20,000 nt of DNA, taken from the IMG/VR virus record IMGVR_UViG_3300023435_000001; one strand, written 5' to 3'. The position numbers and the translations under genes were made by a program. The notes below the pieces were generated by a model. The model was given only the letters and a program-made list of their open reading frames with translations. It searched no databases and was not told where the DNA came from. Within the stretch, counting starts at the first letter, position 1. Every line of letters begins with the position of its first letter. Source of the stretch: an uncultured virus (IMG/VR IMGVR_UViG_3300023435_000001) (Duplodnaviria > Heunggongvirae > Uroviricota > Caudoviricetes). This document shows positions 8,934 through 18,200 of this stretch, piece by piece.

Positions 8934-8984
8934 AGATATATAATCAGTTGGTTGGACATTACATTATCAGTTACCAAAAGTGTG

Positions 8985-9012
8985 CATGAAAACTCACCGA
9001 TAAATTTTCATG
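8985..9012 (-). terminator. Weak hairpin right after the FkbM stop codon
   Basis: CATGAAAA-N12-TTTTCATG, an 8-bp AT-rich stem starting 2 nt past the 9015 stop. Confidence 0.3.
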
Positions 9013-9014
9013 AA

Positions 9015-9638
9015 TCATAAAAGCTTAGTTAAAACAAGCAAAGAATCCCAATAGTTTGGAGTAGAAATACAGTGTCTTGTAGATTTTTCGTGTTGTATGA
9101 GCGTGTACCATTGTGATAAGTGTTTTATAATATTATCATACACGTATTCACCATCTGTATTTGCGTTAGTATGTTCATGGAATTCAACAGTGATCTGATC
9201 AGAAATAGGACCAGGCCATTCTAAAAGTACACAGTATTCTGATCCTTCACAGTCGAGTTTAATAACACTCCAATGCTCAACTTCAAAAATGTTACTTAGG
9301 TTTGTAAGTGATCTACCAGTTACTTTTTGGACTTGTTTGTTTTTTGGGTTCGCACCTCTTACATCCGCAAGATGATTCGCAGTACCATTACCGAAGGTAT
9401 ACAACGTTTTTAATTGAAGATTTTCAGATTCAGGAACTAACGCCGCATGAATAAACTTAACGCGATCAAAGAATGGAGTCTGATCCACGTTTTTATCAGC
9501 TTCAACACAACATACTTCATAGTCGTTATTACACATTTCAAGTGCAAAATCAAAGTGCCTGCATCCGACATCAAGTACTTTTCTATTATCGTCTGATAGT
9601 ACTGCAATAGTATGTTCTTCAACTAATTGGAGTTCCAT
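9015..9638 (-). CDS. FkbM-family SAM-dependent methyltransferase
   Basis: VLDVGC, VCCVEAD, IHAAL, IKLDCEGSEY and QITVEFH, in the FkbM motif order. Confidence 0.88.
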   Translation of the reverse strand: MELQLVEEHTIAVLSDDNRKVLDVGCRHFDFALEMCNNDYEVCCVEADKNVDQTPFFDRVKFIHAALVPESENLQLKTLYTFGNGTANHLADVRGANPKNKQVQKVTGRSLTNLSNIFEVEHWSVIKLDCEGSEYCVLLEWPGPISDQITVEFHEHTNANTDGEYVYDNIIKHLSQWYTLIQHEKSTRHCISTPNYWDSLLVLTKLL

Positions 9639-10279
9639 TATACATCCTTTCCCGCTTTAAACATAACGTCCTTACCGTCCCCTTGAAAATATTGATAAGC
9701 GTTACGTGCATAGATATTATATTTGTATAACATTAAACTTATAATCGCTTCATCATGTCTATGCGTTTTAAATAAATCATCCGGTTTTTGGTTATCTTCA
9801 ACAAAGTAATTATGCTTTTCATACGAAAGTAACTCATCAAAAAACTCAATTACTTTCGGGCTATTAAAGTTAAAACCGAATAGTGAACCACTTACTAAAG
9901 GCTGCCCGTTAATCTGTTGCCTTGTTATACCTAAGCTGTTTAAACTTCTGTCATTCACGTAATGAGCCAAATTATCAGTTCCGCTAAGAAACAAAATGTC
10001 GAGTTCTTCTACGAGTTCAAACAACTTAGTTGGGTTTTTTATTGCATAACACGCAGAATCTGCCCATATAATTGTTTTAAACCCTCGTTTAATTGCATCT
10101 TGGATGCAGTGCAACTTAAAGCCATATGGTGATTCGCTGTGTGATCTTGAACTCTCTGGTAATTTTTTCCAAAATATATGAGGAACATTATATTCAACAC
10201 AACTATCCCTTAACCGCCTTAAGAGTTTAAGATAGATACCTCTATCGCCTAGACTAACAAGTACTCTTTCATAGTTCAT
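9638..10279 (-). CDS. Putative glycosyltransferase-like protein (GT-A-like, HRHD motif)
   Basis: YGFKLHCI, IIWADSA (DxD-like position), VSGSLFGF and HRHDEAIISL. Located within a GT cluster. Confidence 0.65.
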   Translation of the reverse strand: MNYERVLVSLGDRGIYLKLLRRLRDSCVEYNVPHIFWKKLPESSRSHSESPYGFKLHCIQDAIKRGFKTIIWADSACYAIKNPTKLFELVEELDILFLSGTDNLAHYVNDRSLNSLGITRQQINGQPLVSGSLFGFNFNSPKVIEFFDELLSYEKHNYFVEDNQKPDDLFKTHRHDEAIISLMLYKYNIYARNAYQYFQGDGKDVMFKAGKDV

Positions 10280-10764
10280 TTTAAAAACTCCAAGGAATAT
10301 TTATTACTTACTACAGTAGTCCACGGTCGCACTACTTTGTAATCAAATCGGTACTTAAATAGACTTAGTACGGGTTCATACTCATAGCCTGCTTCTTCGG
10401 TATCATGAACTACTAAATAATCCGCTCGATCAGCTAAGCGTTTAATATCAAATTTTCTTCGCTCACCCGGTGCATGATCTACCAAGACTAAGCTCCAATA
10501 ATACTCATCAATTAAAGCGCACTCTTCCCACTTATCAACCCATTGAAACGAATGAGACTGTGTTTCTAAATGCTTAAACTGATTAATCCAATCTTGTTTT
10601 TCATCAAGAGTAAACACTTTACAGCTAGCTACTCCGCTGTATAATCCTAATGTGTAGCTTGAGTAATTTCCACAACCCATTTCAAGAATTGGGTTATTCA
10701 TTCCGTGATCTCTATTGCATAACATTGTAGTTAGCACAGGTATATGAGTTGCGTAACAGTCCAT
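10276..10764 (-). CDS. Class I SAM-dependent methyltransferase (~162 aa)
   Basis: ILEMGCGNYSS (motif I), VFTLDE, LVLVDH, VVHDTE. Start moved to 10764, where there is a TAATG overlap with the upstream stop and an AAGGAG RBS. Confidence 0.78.
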   Translation of the reverse strand: MDCYATHIPVLTTMLCNRDHGMNNPILEMGCGNYSSYTLGLYSGVASCKVFTLDEKQDWINQFKHLETQSHSFQWVDKWEECALIDEYYWSLVLVDHAPGERRKFDIKRLADRADYLVVHDTEEAGYEYEPVLSLFKYRFDYKVVRPWTTVVSNKYSLEFLK

Positions 10765-12431
10765 TATTTCTCCTTGTTTACTAATGTACAAAAATTCCAA
10801 CGGTATCCACGAATCAATTGTAGGTCTTGTTCACTAAGTATTTGAATTAATACAGACTCAATCCTCTCCCAATTAGGTGAAATATGCCCTGGACGAACTG
10901 AGTGGCAATCAGACATATTTTTAATACTAACCCTTTTAGGCCAACACGAACGATCAATACGATCTACTGGAGGTCCACCGCGACGATCAAACATTTGACA
11001 TTTATCAGGGTATCCACTCCAAGCTTTTATTTTTTTACCGAACATTTCTTCATCATAACACCAAAGCCTCATACCGTCCTGCTGCTTATCCAAACCATCA
11101 GTGTAGAATATAGCTTTTAAACTCTTCTCTATATTAGTAGCATCAGCTGGCTGCATGATCTCGCGCCAAGTCTTAACTTTTGCTCCAACATAGCAAAGCG
11201 GAAAATGTGAACCACCGTACGCGTTAGCATAATCCAAGTGAACTTCTTTATCCATGTTCTGCTTATTGAAAAACGCTTTACTAAGTGGTAGCATATCCAT
11301 GTCACTCGTCATCATGTACATTTCATCATGATACATTGGTAGACACGATGCATACATGCGTGCATTTTGTGCAATGGTAGAAGACTTAAATTTATCAATT
11401 GGTTTAATGAAATGAATTTCAGCCCCATATGCTCTAGCAAAGTTAAGCGCATACTTCTTTACAGGATCATTCAACCAGTTGGTGATACTGTCGGCTATAA
11501 GAATCACTGGGCAGAACCCCATGTACTTCTGCCATAGCATTGTTACAATGCCCATAAAGAAAAAGTAAGTAATGCTAGCATCAACCGCGAGTATTACCCG
11601 TCTCCTATTTATGCAAGCGTTTTCAAGATTCAAGTGTGAAAAATCTTGAACAACATACGCGCCCTTTTCCGCGTAATCAATTTTGTCTATGGCACATCTG
11701 AGCCCTACTTTATTTAGTTCAGTGTACCAAGCATCCCAGTCGCATCTTGCAGTACCCATAAAAGGAATACACTTATCAATCACCGTAGTAGGTTTAACAA
11801 TCGGTAAGTCAACTGCACCTTGTCGCTGATGTCTAACTGAATGAAATGCTGAATGCTTTTTTAATACAGGCCATACATGCGCATTTAATAACTGTTGATC
11901 TGTTCCGTGTTCATTAAGCTTATTGTCATATCCGTGACGACGTATTAATTCATTAACTGAATTACATTTTAACGCGGCCTTTGCATCCTTAGCTTTGAAC
12001 CCTATCAACCCTCCAAGCATTGGGCATGAGTGCGATGTGTTATCTTGTATACAGTGCAGTGTTTTACCTGAACCAATAAACTGTTCATGCATTGCACGTT
12101 CACGATGCGTCGGCGAATGATCAACGTCCCTACAAAATAAGTAATCAACTGTAGGATCAAACATCGGTTCCAAGCGCCACATCATAGCTTTGCATATGTC
12201 TGGATTAGTTCCCATGAATTTAAGATTAACTAACCCAGCACTTTCCAAGCGTAAAAGTACGCCACCATAATAGTTGTTATAAAGACTTTCATCATGATAA
12301 ATCCAAAGTTCATAGTCTGGAAACAAACAGAGATAACCCCACACAGAATGCTTCAAGTGCTGCCAATAATACCCAGGACGTCCGACGTGCTTTTTGTGAT
12401 CGAATACAGCTAAGCTAATCACTTTCTTCAT
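10764..12431 (-). CDS. Two-domain putative glycosyltransferase (two GT-A-like domains)
   Basis: N-domain: MMWRL, FCRDVD (DxD), RER, PMLGG, DQQLL. C-domain from ~aa 276: VILAVD, AQNARM, MTSDMDMLP (DxD), FPLCY, W.YDE, RIDR, DCHSVRP. Confidence 0.65.
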   Translation of the reverse strand: MKKVISLAVFDHKKHVGRPGYYWQHLKHSVWGYLCLFPDYELWIYHDESLYNNYYGGVLLRLESAGLVNLKFMGTNPDICKAMMWRLEPMFDPTVDYLFCRDVDHSPTHRERAMHEQFIGSGKTLHCIQDNTSHSCPMLGGLIGFKAKDAKAALKCNSVNELIRRHGYDNKLNEHGTDQQLLNAHVWPVLKKHSAFHSVRHQRQGAVDLPIVKPTTVIDKCIPFMGTARCDWDAWYTELNKVGLRCAIDKIDYAEKGAYVVQDFSHLNLENACINRRRVILAVDASITYFFFMGIVTMLWQKYMGFCPVILIADSITNWLNDPVKKYALNFARAYGAEIHFIKPIDKFKSSTIAQNARMYASCLPMYHDEMYMMTSDMDMLPLSKAFFNKQNMDKEVHLDYANAYGGSHFPLCYVGAKVKTWREIMQPADATNIEKSLKAIFYTDGLDKQQDGMRLWCYDEEMFGKKIKAWSGYPDKCQMFDRRGGPPVDRIDRSCWPKRVSIKNMSDCHSVRPGHISPNWERIESVLIQILSEQDLQLIRGYRWNFCTLVNKEK

Positions 12432-13045
12432 AGGTTAAACTCCGCACCATCAAAATAACCAGACTTAATTTTCTTGTTATAATCTTCTGGATAATCGATG
12501 TCATCTGTTTTATCTTGAATTAACGTCCTGAACCATTGATCGGTCCAAGTCTTGTCTATTGGAATTCCTACCAGTGATCGGTAAAGCTCCCATGCAGATC
12601 CAATTGCACTTTGTGCTAAAATATTATCAATACTTTCAATTACTTTATCATACATCATTTCAGTAAATCGAAAACAAAACTGTTCATCAAACGAACCGTA
12701 GAATTGAAATGATTTATTTATGTTTTGCTTCACACAAGTCTGAAAGCATTTCTTCGTAAAGATGACATCGCCCAGTAAAAATATTACTTCTGTGTGTGTC
12801 TTCCATAGATTCGCTGAACTCTTAACTGTATTCAAAAGTGTGTCGTGATTTTCTGGTACTACCCACTGGTTGATGCACATACTTCTAATCTTCGGCTGAT
12901 GTGACAATACAGTATATCGATATCCATACTTTTTCACCATATCAATCTGGCGCTGCAGCACTGTAGTACCTCGCACTTGCTGAAGCTGTTTTACAGTGCC
13001 ACCCCATCGCGTAGCGTCTCCACTTGCTAGAATAAAAATCTTCAT
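12428..13045 (-). CDS. NTP transferase (nucleotidyl/cytidylyltransferase-like, MobA/LicC superfamily)
   Basis: N-terminal ILASGDATRW...KQL signature, FLLGDV and C-terminal DIDYPEDY. Confidence 0.85.
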   Translation of the reverse strand: MKIFILASGDATRWGGTVKQLQQVRGTTVLQRQIDMVKKYGYRYTVLSHQPKIRSMCINQWVVPENHDTLLNTVKSSANLWKTHTEVIFLLGDVIFTKKCFQTCVKQNINKSFQFYGSFDEQFCFRFTEMMYDKVIESIDNILAQSAIGSAWELYRSLVGIPIDKTWTDQWFRTLIQDKTDDIDYPEDYNKKIKSGYFDGAEFNL

Positions 13046-13719
13046 ATCATTATCTCCATTGGAAATCCAGCTGCTTTTCTGGTCAAGTACGTTTGTTTAT
13101 CAGGATCACCCATTGCTGAATTACGACGGTACAGCGCGTCTTTTGAGTTAGGGCCTCCGCACCAATCATGATGTATAAGCACACGGTTATCATAATAGCA
13201 TTTTCCTAAAGCTTTAACTACATCAGTGAATTCATTATCACAGTAAAAGCTTCTATAACTTGGATGATAAACATAATTGAATCGCTCATACAACTTTCGA
13301 CCGATTATAGACAAAGTTATAGTTCGGTTTTTTCCAAACTTACCATCATTAAGATGAATAGCCCCGTCAGTGTCTGGAAAGTGATCTTGCATTAGTTTAA
13401 CTATATCTAAATCAAAATCTTGCTTGTTTGGGATCATATCGTCAGACACTAGAATCAAAATGTCCCAGTCTTTACACTTATCAACATCAGCGTTACACGC
13501 ATCGATTTTATCTTGATGATCTCCGTAGTAAAAGTTTAAATTAGTTATTGATTTCATTAACGAAACAACACGCATCTGTTTCATAGATTCATCATCGTCA
13601 TTTAAAGTAACTACAAACTCGAAGTTACATTTATCACTAACACGCGCGTAGTATAGTCCGAGCGTTTTTATAAACCATTCTGGTCTTGATCTTGTAGGAT
13701 ACTTAAATAGAATCTTCAT
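13042..13719 (-). CDS. Glycosyltransferase family 2-like (~225 aa)
   Basis: PTRSRP, LNDDD, ILVSDDM, YCDNEF, IHHDW. Start moved to the ATG at 13719, 1 nt after the upstream stop. Confidence 0.8.
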   Translation of the reverse strand: MKILFKYPTRSRPEWFIKTLGLYYARVSDKCNFEFVVTLNDDDESMKQMRVVSLMKSITNLNFYYGDHQDKIDACNADVDKCKDWDILILVSDDMIPNKQDFDLDIVKLMQDHFPDTDGAIHLNDGKFGKNRTITLSIIGRKLYERFNYVYHPSYRSFYCDNEFTDVVKALGKCYYDNRVLIHHDWCGGPNSKDALYRRNSAMGDPDKQTYLTRKAAGFPMEIMI

Positions 13720-13720
13720 A

Positions 13721-14266
13721 TCAGCTCGCAAAGTAATAGTATATTATTCCTTGAATCAACGCTTCACTTTTAATCAATGGTAAAACACGCTCAGAAAAAT
13801 CCTTGTCCTCACCTATAGTTATATTTTTATAAGGTACTTGCTCAACGATAGACTTCTTAATAGCATTAAGATGATTCGGTGAACGGTAGTATACTCGTTC
13901 CTTCTCATACCATTCTTTAAACATTAATGAGTGTTTAAACACTCGCTTTAGTTTTTTTGTACCCCGTGTCATTGTGATCTCACCTTGTAAGCTACAGCAG
14001 TCTTTGTTTAGTTCGATAGCACTCAAAACTTTTTCAACATAATCATCAGAGACTAAATCATCATCATCTATAAAAGCTACATACTCACCTATAGCTCTTA
14101 CTATTAAATTATTCCTTTTGTGTCCGGTAGTTATTTTATGGTTATCGATCTCTGTAATGATTTCAACTTCATCAGTTACCTGTTTCTCTAAGCATTTAAG
14201 CAACCTAGTTAGCAGTTCTTTACGCTCTACAAGAGAACAAATCAAAATTGATAGCTTTTTATTCAT
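13721..14266 (-). CDS. Glycosyltransferase family 2 (~181 aa)
   Basis: LSILICS, GHKRN, AIGEYVAFIDDDD and GEDKDF. The start at 14266 is an ATGA overlap with the upstream stop. Confidence 0.9.
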   Translation of the reverse strand: MNKKLSILICSLVERKELLTRLLKCLEKQVTDEVEIITEIDNHKITTGHKRNNLIVRAIGEYVAFIDDDDLVSDDYVEKVLSAIELNKDCCSLQGEITMTRGTKKLKRVFKHSLMFKEWYEKERVYYRSPNHLNAIKKSIVEQVPYKNITIGEDKDFSERVLPLIKSEALIQGIIYYYFAS

Positions 14267-14898
14267 AATGTAACCCATGGTTGATATTCGATATGGTTAT
14301 TTAATACACTTATTTTAGAGTGTGATATTACTTTAATGTGTGTATGATTTTTTAAAACATTAATTGCTTCAATGAAACACATTAAGTACTTATTAAAATT
14401 CTGTTCGCTAATCCCATGCTTATATCTGTTATGATAGTGGCACTTTTTGTCAGTGCGTGTAAAATCATAACCAAGCAGGTGGATAACATCATACTTTAAA
14501 AGTATTGCTAACTGCATCGCACAGTAACCACTGTTGTATCCAGTTCTAAAATCACTAAACGAAAATCCTAAGCCTTCAACGCCTGCATTTCTTATAATCA
14601 TATTAACTACAAAGGGATTGTACACGTATCCGTTGTGAATATTTTTAAACACACCATCACGAAACTTCATTGTACAATGATCAGGATTAGTAACTAATAC
14701 CCATGTAGTTTTTATCCCGGTAAATTCTCCTTCTTGTATGCGCTTAAGAATTGTAGAATCAGCGGTGATTGAAAACGTAGGGGAAGGAACGTCAAGCGCC
14801 GCCATGTTTACCGCGATTGTAGTCTTGTGCTGAAGCGTAGAAAAATCGAATCCACGAAGACTTGCTCCCCCACCTATCAGATAAATCTCGTTGTACAT
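14263..14898 (-). CDS. DUF115/MAF/MptE-like protein (Rossmann-like; possible sialyltransferase-type transferase)
   Basis: YLIGGGASL, TIAVN, NSGYCAMQLA and IHLLGYDF...HYH match the GxGPS/LGxD pattern of this superfamily. The ATG at 14898 follows a GGAG RBS. Confidence 0.75.
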   Translation of the reverse strand: MYNEIYLIGGGASLRGFDFSTLQHKTTIAVNMAALDVPSPTFSITADSTILKRIQEGEFTGIKTTWVLVTNPDHCTMKFRDGVFKNIHNGYVYNPFVVNMIIRNAGVEGLGFSFSDFRTGYNSGYCAMQLAILLKYDVIHLLGYDFTRTDKKCHYHNRYKHGISEQNFNKYLMCFIEAINVLKNHTHIKVISHSKISVLNNHIEYQPWVTL

Positions 14899-15043
14899 GA
14901 TGCGAATCTCCAATCGTTATTTAAATACTACTCTAATACCTTACCACAGGCCACTACTTATACTCTAAGGCACTTTATACTGTTATTTGATTGATTATAC
15001 ACTAGAAGGCTTAAGAGCCTTAGAATCGATCCTGTGTCCTATC

Positions 15044-15119
15044 ATAAGTCCTTTGTTTATAACGACTTATGCTCAGGCACTACTTCATTGATTATAAGTA
15101 CTTTACCTGTAACGACTTA
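15044..15119. promoter_or_regulatory. Two direct-repeat copies of a dyad site, TAAGT-N15-ACTTA (putative protein-binding sites)
   Basis: ATAAGTCCTTTGTTTATAACGACTTA (15044-15069) and ATAAGTACTTTACCTGTAACGACTTA (15094-15119) are 21/26 identical, with a period of exactly 50 bp. Confidence 0.7.
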
Positions 15120-15250
15120 GAGTTATATTATAGAAGATGTAATGATTTGAAAATTAAATCAGAAACACTCCAAATAGGTATTTCTAAAAAATTGTAATAT
15201 GACGCTAAAGCGCCCTCAGTTAATAGATAAATTAAAACATCCATAGTACC

Positions 15251-18200
15251 CTACGCTGTAATATCTACTTTAACTTCAACAATTGCGGTAATACGACAGA
15301 GGTCATCAACCGTAAACCGTACTGACTTCCATCCGGTGCCAGAAATTAAACTTGTAATATCAATATCAATTTGATCGCCTGTATAATCTCCAGACGATGA
15401 ACCGTATCCACTGCCGTCATCAACGTTATAATGCAACGTTATGGAGTTTGATTCTTCGTAAATTCCAAACACTAAGCCATGTGTATGCGCCAGCATTATG
15501 TGTGTGTGTCCAAGGTCAGTAGTTGGATGCGTATGTGAACTTGCGATACTGTGATTATGTGGATTATTTGGTGCAGCATAACTGGTTAAACCAGATATGT
15601 TTGTACTAACAGTTAATACGGGTCCTGCAAACGACTGCATAGTTAAAGAAGCTTCTTCTGCATCAGAAGTAGAATACGCCCTAAAGTCCCTTATTTTAAA
15701 TGATAACTTTACAGAAATTATATCTGTAGTTTCTGATGGAATTTTAAAATCTAAAGTTACTGGGTGTGCAGCATCTCCCGAATCGTTACCATTCCAAGCC
15801 ATTGTTTGTCGCAACTCTGCATACGCACTAGCGCGTATCGTACCTGCTAATAAAACACCAGCATGAATTAGTTGCATTCCATTCGCTGGATGAACAACAC
15901 CATTATCATTATCATTAACTGCCATCAACCAGTTACCGGATGCTATTGCTTCGTTAATATCATCCGTTGTTCTGAAAATAGTTGTAAAGTCTGGGTCCCA
16001 ATAAATAAATTCCTTATCTGTTGAATCAGCTGTGATGTTATAAGTTGTATCTTTAAACCTAAAATAAATAGGGTTAGTTCCATCAGTAGCTTCCCAGGTC
16101 GCTGTTCCACTACTACCCGTATGGTCCCAAGTTAAATTGCTAGTCCATGGGATGTCACTTGATGGCTGTTGAGGTAACGCGTTAGCGATCATTGTTTGAA
16201 CATTAAATAATGATGAAGGCTCAGCGAGCTTATTTTCAGTGTGTGCAGGAGTGTACTCCGGGTAGTCAACTGTTGGTGCTACGCTATCGATATCGAATAA
16301 ATCAGGAGCGTAATTCTCAACAGCAATAGTATAAGTATGATCTGAATTCCATTGTTTATTAATAATCCTACGTATTACGAAGTCGGTCTCAGCCCCGATA
16401 GTTACGATGTCTCGGTAGCTCACATCATAACTTAAGCTTGCAGGTGCAATGCTAATTAAAGGGCCAGTGATGCCTGTGATAGTGTAATCATGAGTTAATA
16501 CTTGACCAGAACTTGGAACATAAGATCGAATATAAATTTTATTTCCAATATCATCAGTACTAGCATCTCGATCTAACGTAAGTTCACTACCGGATGAATC
16601 ATCTGATTCTAACACAAGGTAACTTTTGCCCCAGTTAGGCTTTGTCCGTTGTATTTTATAAACACCTCCTAACTCGTAGAGTAAAGCATCTTTATACATC
16701 GCAAAAGTATTAAACTCATTAATAAGCTGATTACGACCTAAAGCGAAAGCTGCTACTCTGGTAGCTAAAGCCCGCTTCTTAATTCCTAATCCCATTATAT
16801 CAATTTTGTTTGTGTAGTTACCTGCACTAGAATTACTGATAGGCCACTTGATACGCTTATACCCACGATCAGCGTCTTCATAATCTATGACGCATGTACC
16901 AGCTCTATTTATTGGCTGAGTCCATTCTTGAAGCCAAGAGTCTGCTAATATGTTTTGGTCGGTTATAATTTCATAATCACCGTCCCAAGCTTGATCAAGC
17001 CAACCAGTAAGTTCTAGCCCATCCCAATATAATCTTGCACGCCCAATTGACGCTATTTGAAAACAAGTTTTCCATAGTTCAGAACTTTGATTAATCATGA
17101 TATTACAAGGTAATATCTCTGTCGTTCCTCCGTCACCATCATCTACTAGAGTAGCACATAACTGTGCCCATTCATAAAAGAATGCGGTGTTCATAGATGA
17201 AGGCTGGAACAACTCATAAAACTCAACATCGTACGCTATTGAACTACCATTACCAGTTACGCTTGGTTGAGTTAGCATGTTGTATACTACCCATGCTCTT
17301 AGATTACTGTATTCCCAATTCCAAGAAGTTCCATTATATACTCTGAGAATCTTTCCTTCTCTTACACACTTAACTTGTACGGCGCCCTGTAACCTATCTG
17401 AAGCTTTAGCGATAATGCCAATCATCGCGATACCAGGATGATTAAACGCTACGTCAATTACGCCACGATAAGATCTAAGTCTTACCTCGTCACCGTATCT
17501 TGATTTATTTCGATCAGTGCTAGTCTTCGTTACTCGTAACTGATAGTGTGAAGATCTATTTATAGTAAAGGATATCGAAGAATCTTCAGTGGAATATTCT
17601 TTATAATACGGAGCGAGTTGGTTTCGTATTACATTTTCATTAACTAACGTGGTCCAAGACCCACTGCCTACAACAGCGATCTCAACCTTAGCACCGACGT
17701 AACTAGATTCTTGATCACCGGTTTTATCGTAGTGATAAATTCCACGATCAAAACCTAATGTGAATTCTATCTCATCAAACCCACTTCGTGGTAAGTTAAA
17801 AGTCTGAGCGCCATCAGCACTCGTAATCTCTGCGTTATCTCGTATCTCAACTTTATCAACTTCAAACCCCGCCATTGCGGTTTGATCATCTGTACCTAAA
17901 TTCTGTGTAACAGTTACATCAGCAAAATTACCTACAGGTTGGTTATTTATATAAACTTTCTGTAAGTCTACACCACTTGTAGGTCCTTCACAATGAACAA
18001 TCTTTAAGTACAGTTGCTCGTCACCATTCTCATCGATATTAGTCCATCTTGAAGCAATGTTACCATATCGAATATTTTCGCCGTACTCTTCAGCTATCGG
18101 TATACCTTCAACCTGAGTATTCGCAGTATCAAATCCAAAAGACTGCTCGCCTGTTCCTTGTTTCCCGTCACTTTCTGGTAAGTTCTGCTGGAATAGCATA

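Larger units (their letters stand above)
8747..8977. repeat. Non-coding element bounded by a long inverted repeat (22 bp perfect; 30/33 extended)
   Basis: TTGGTAACTGATAATGTAATGT (8747-8768) is the exact reverse complement of ACATTACATTATCAGTTACCAA (8956-8977). The match extends inward to 8779/8945 with 3 mismatches. Confidence 0.95.

Noticed and set aside
8747..8977. MITE/IS or protelomerase (tel) site interpretation of the inverted repeat
   Set aside because: No target-site duplication is evident (flanks ...aagctg / aagtgt...) and no transposase is present. The arms are 187 bp apart, whereas tel sites are contiguous palindromes.
14914..15250. Possible mini-CRISPR array
   Set aside because: Only two imperfect 26-bp copies with a 24-bp gap, and no cas genes in the window.
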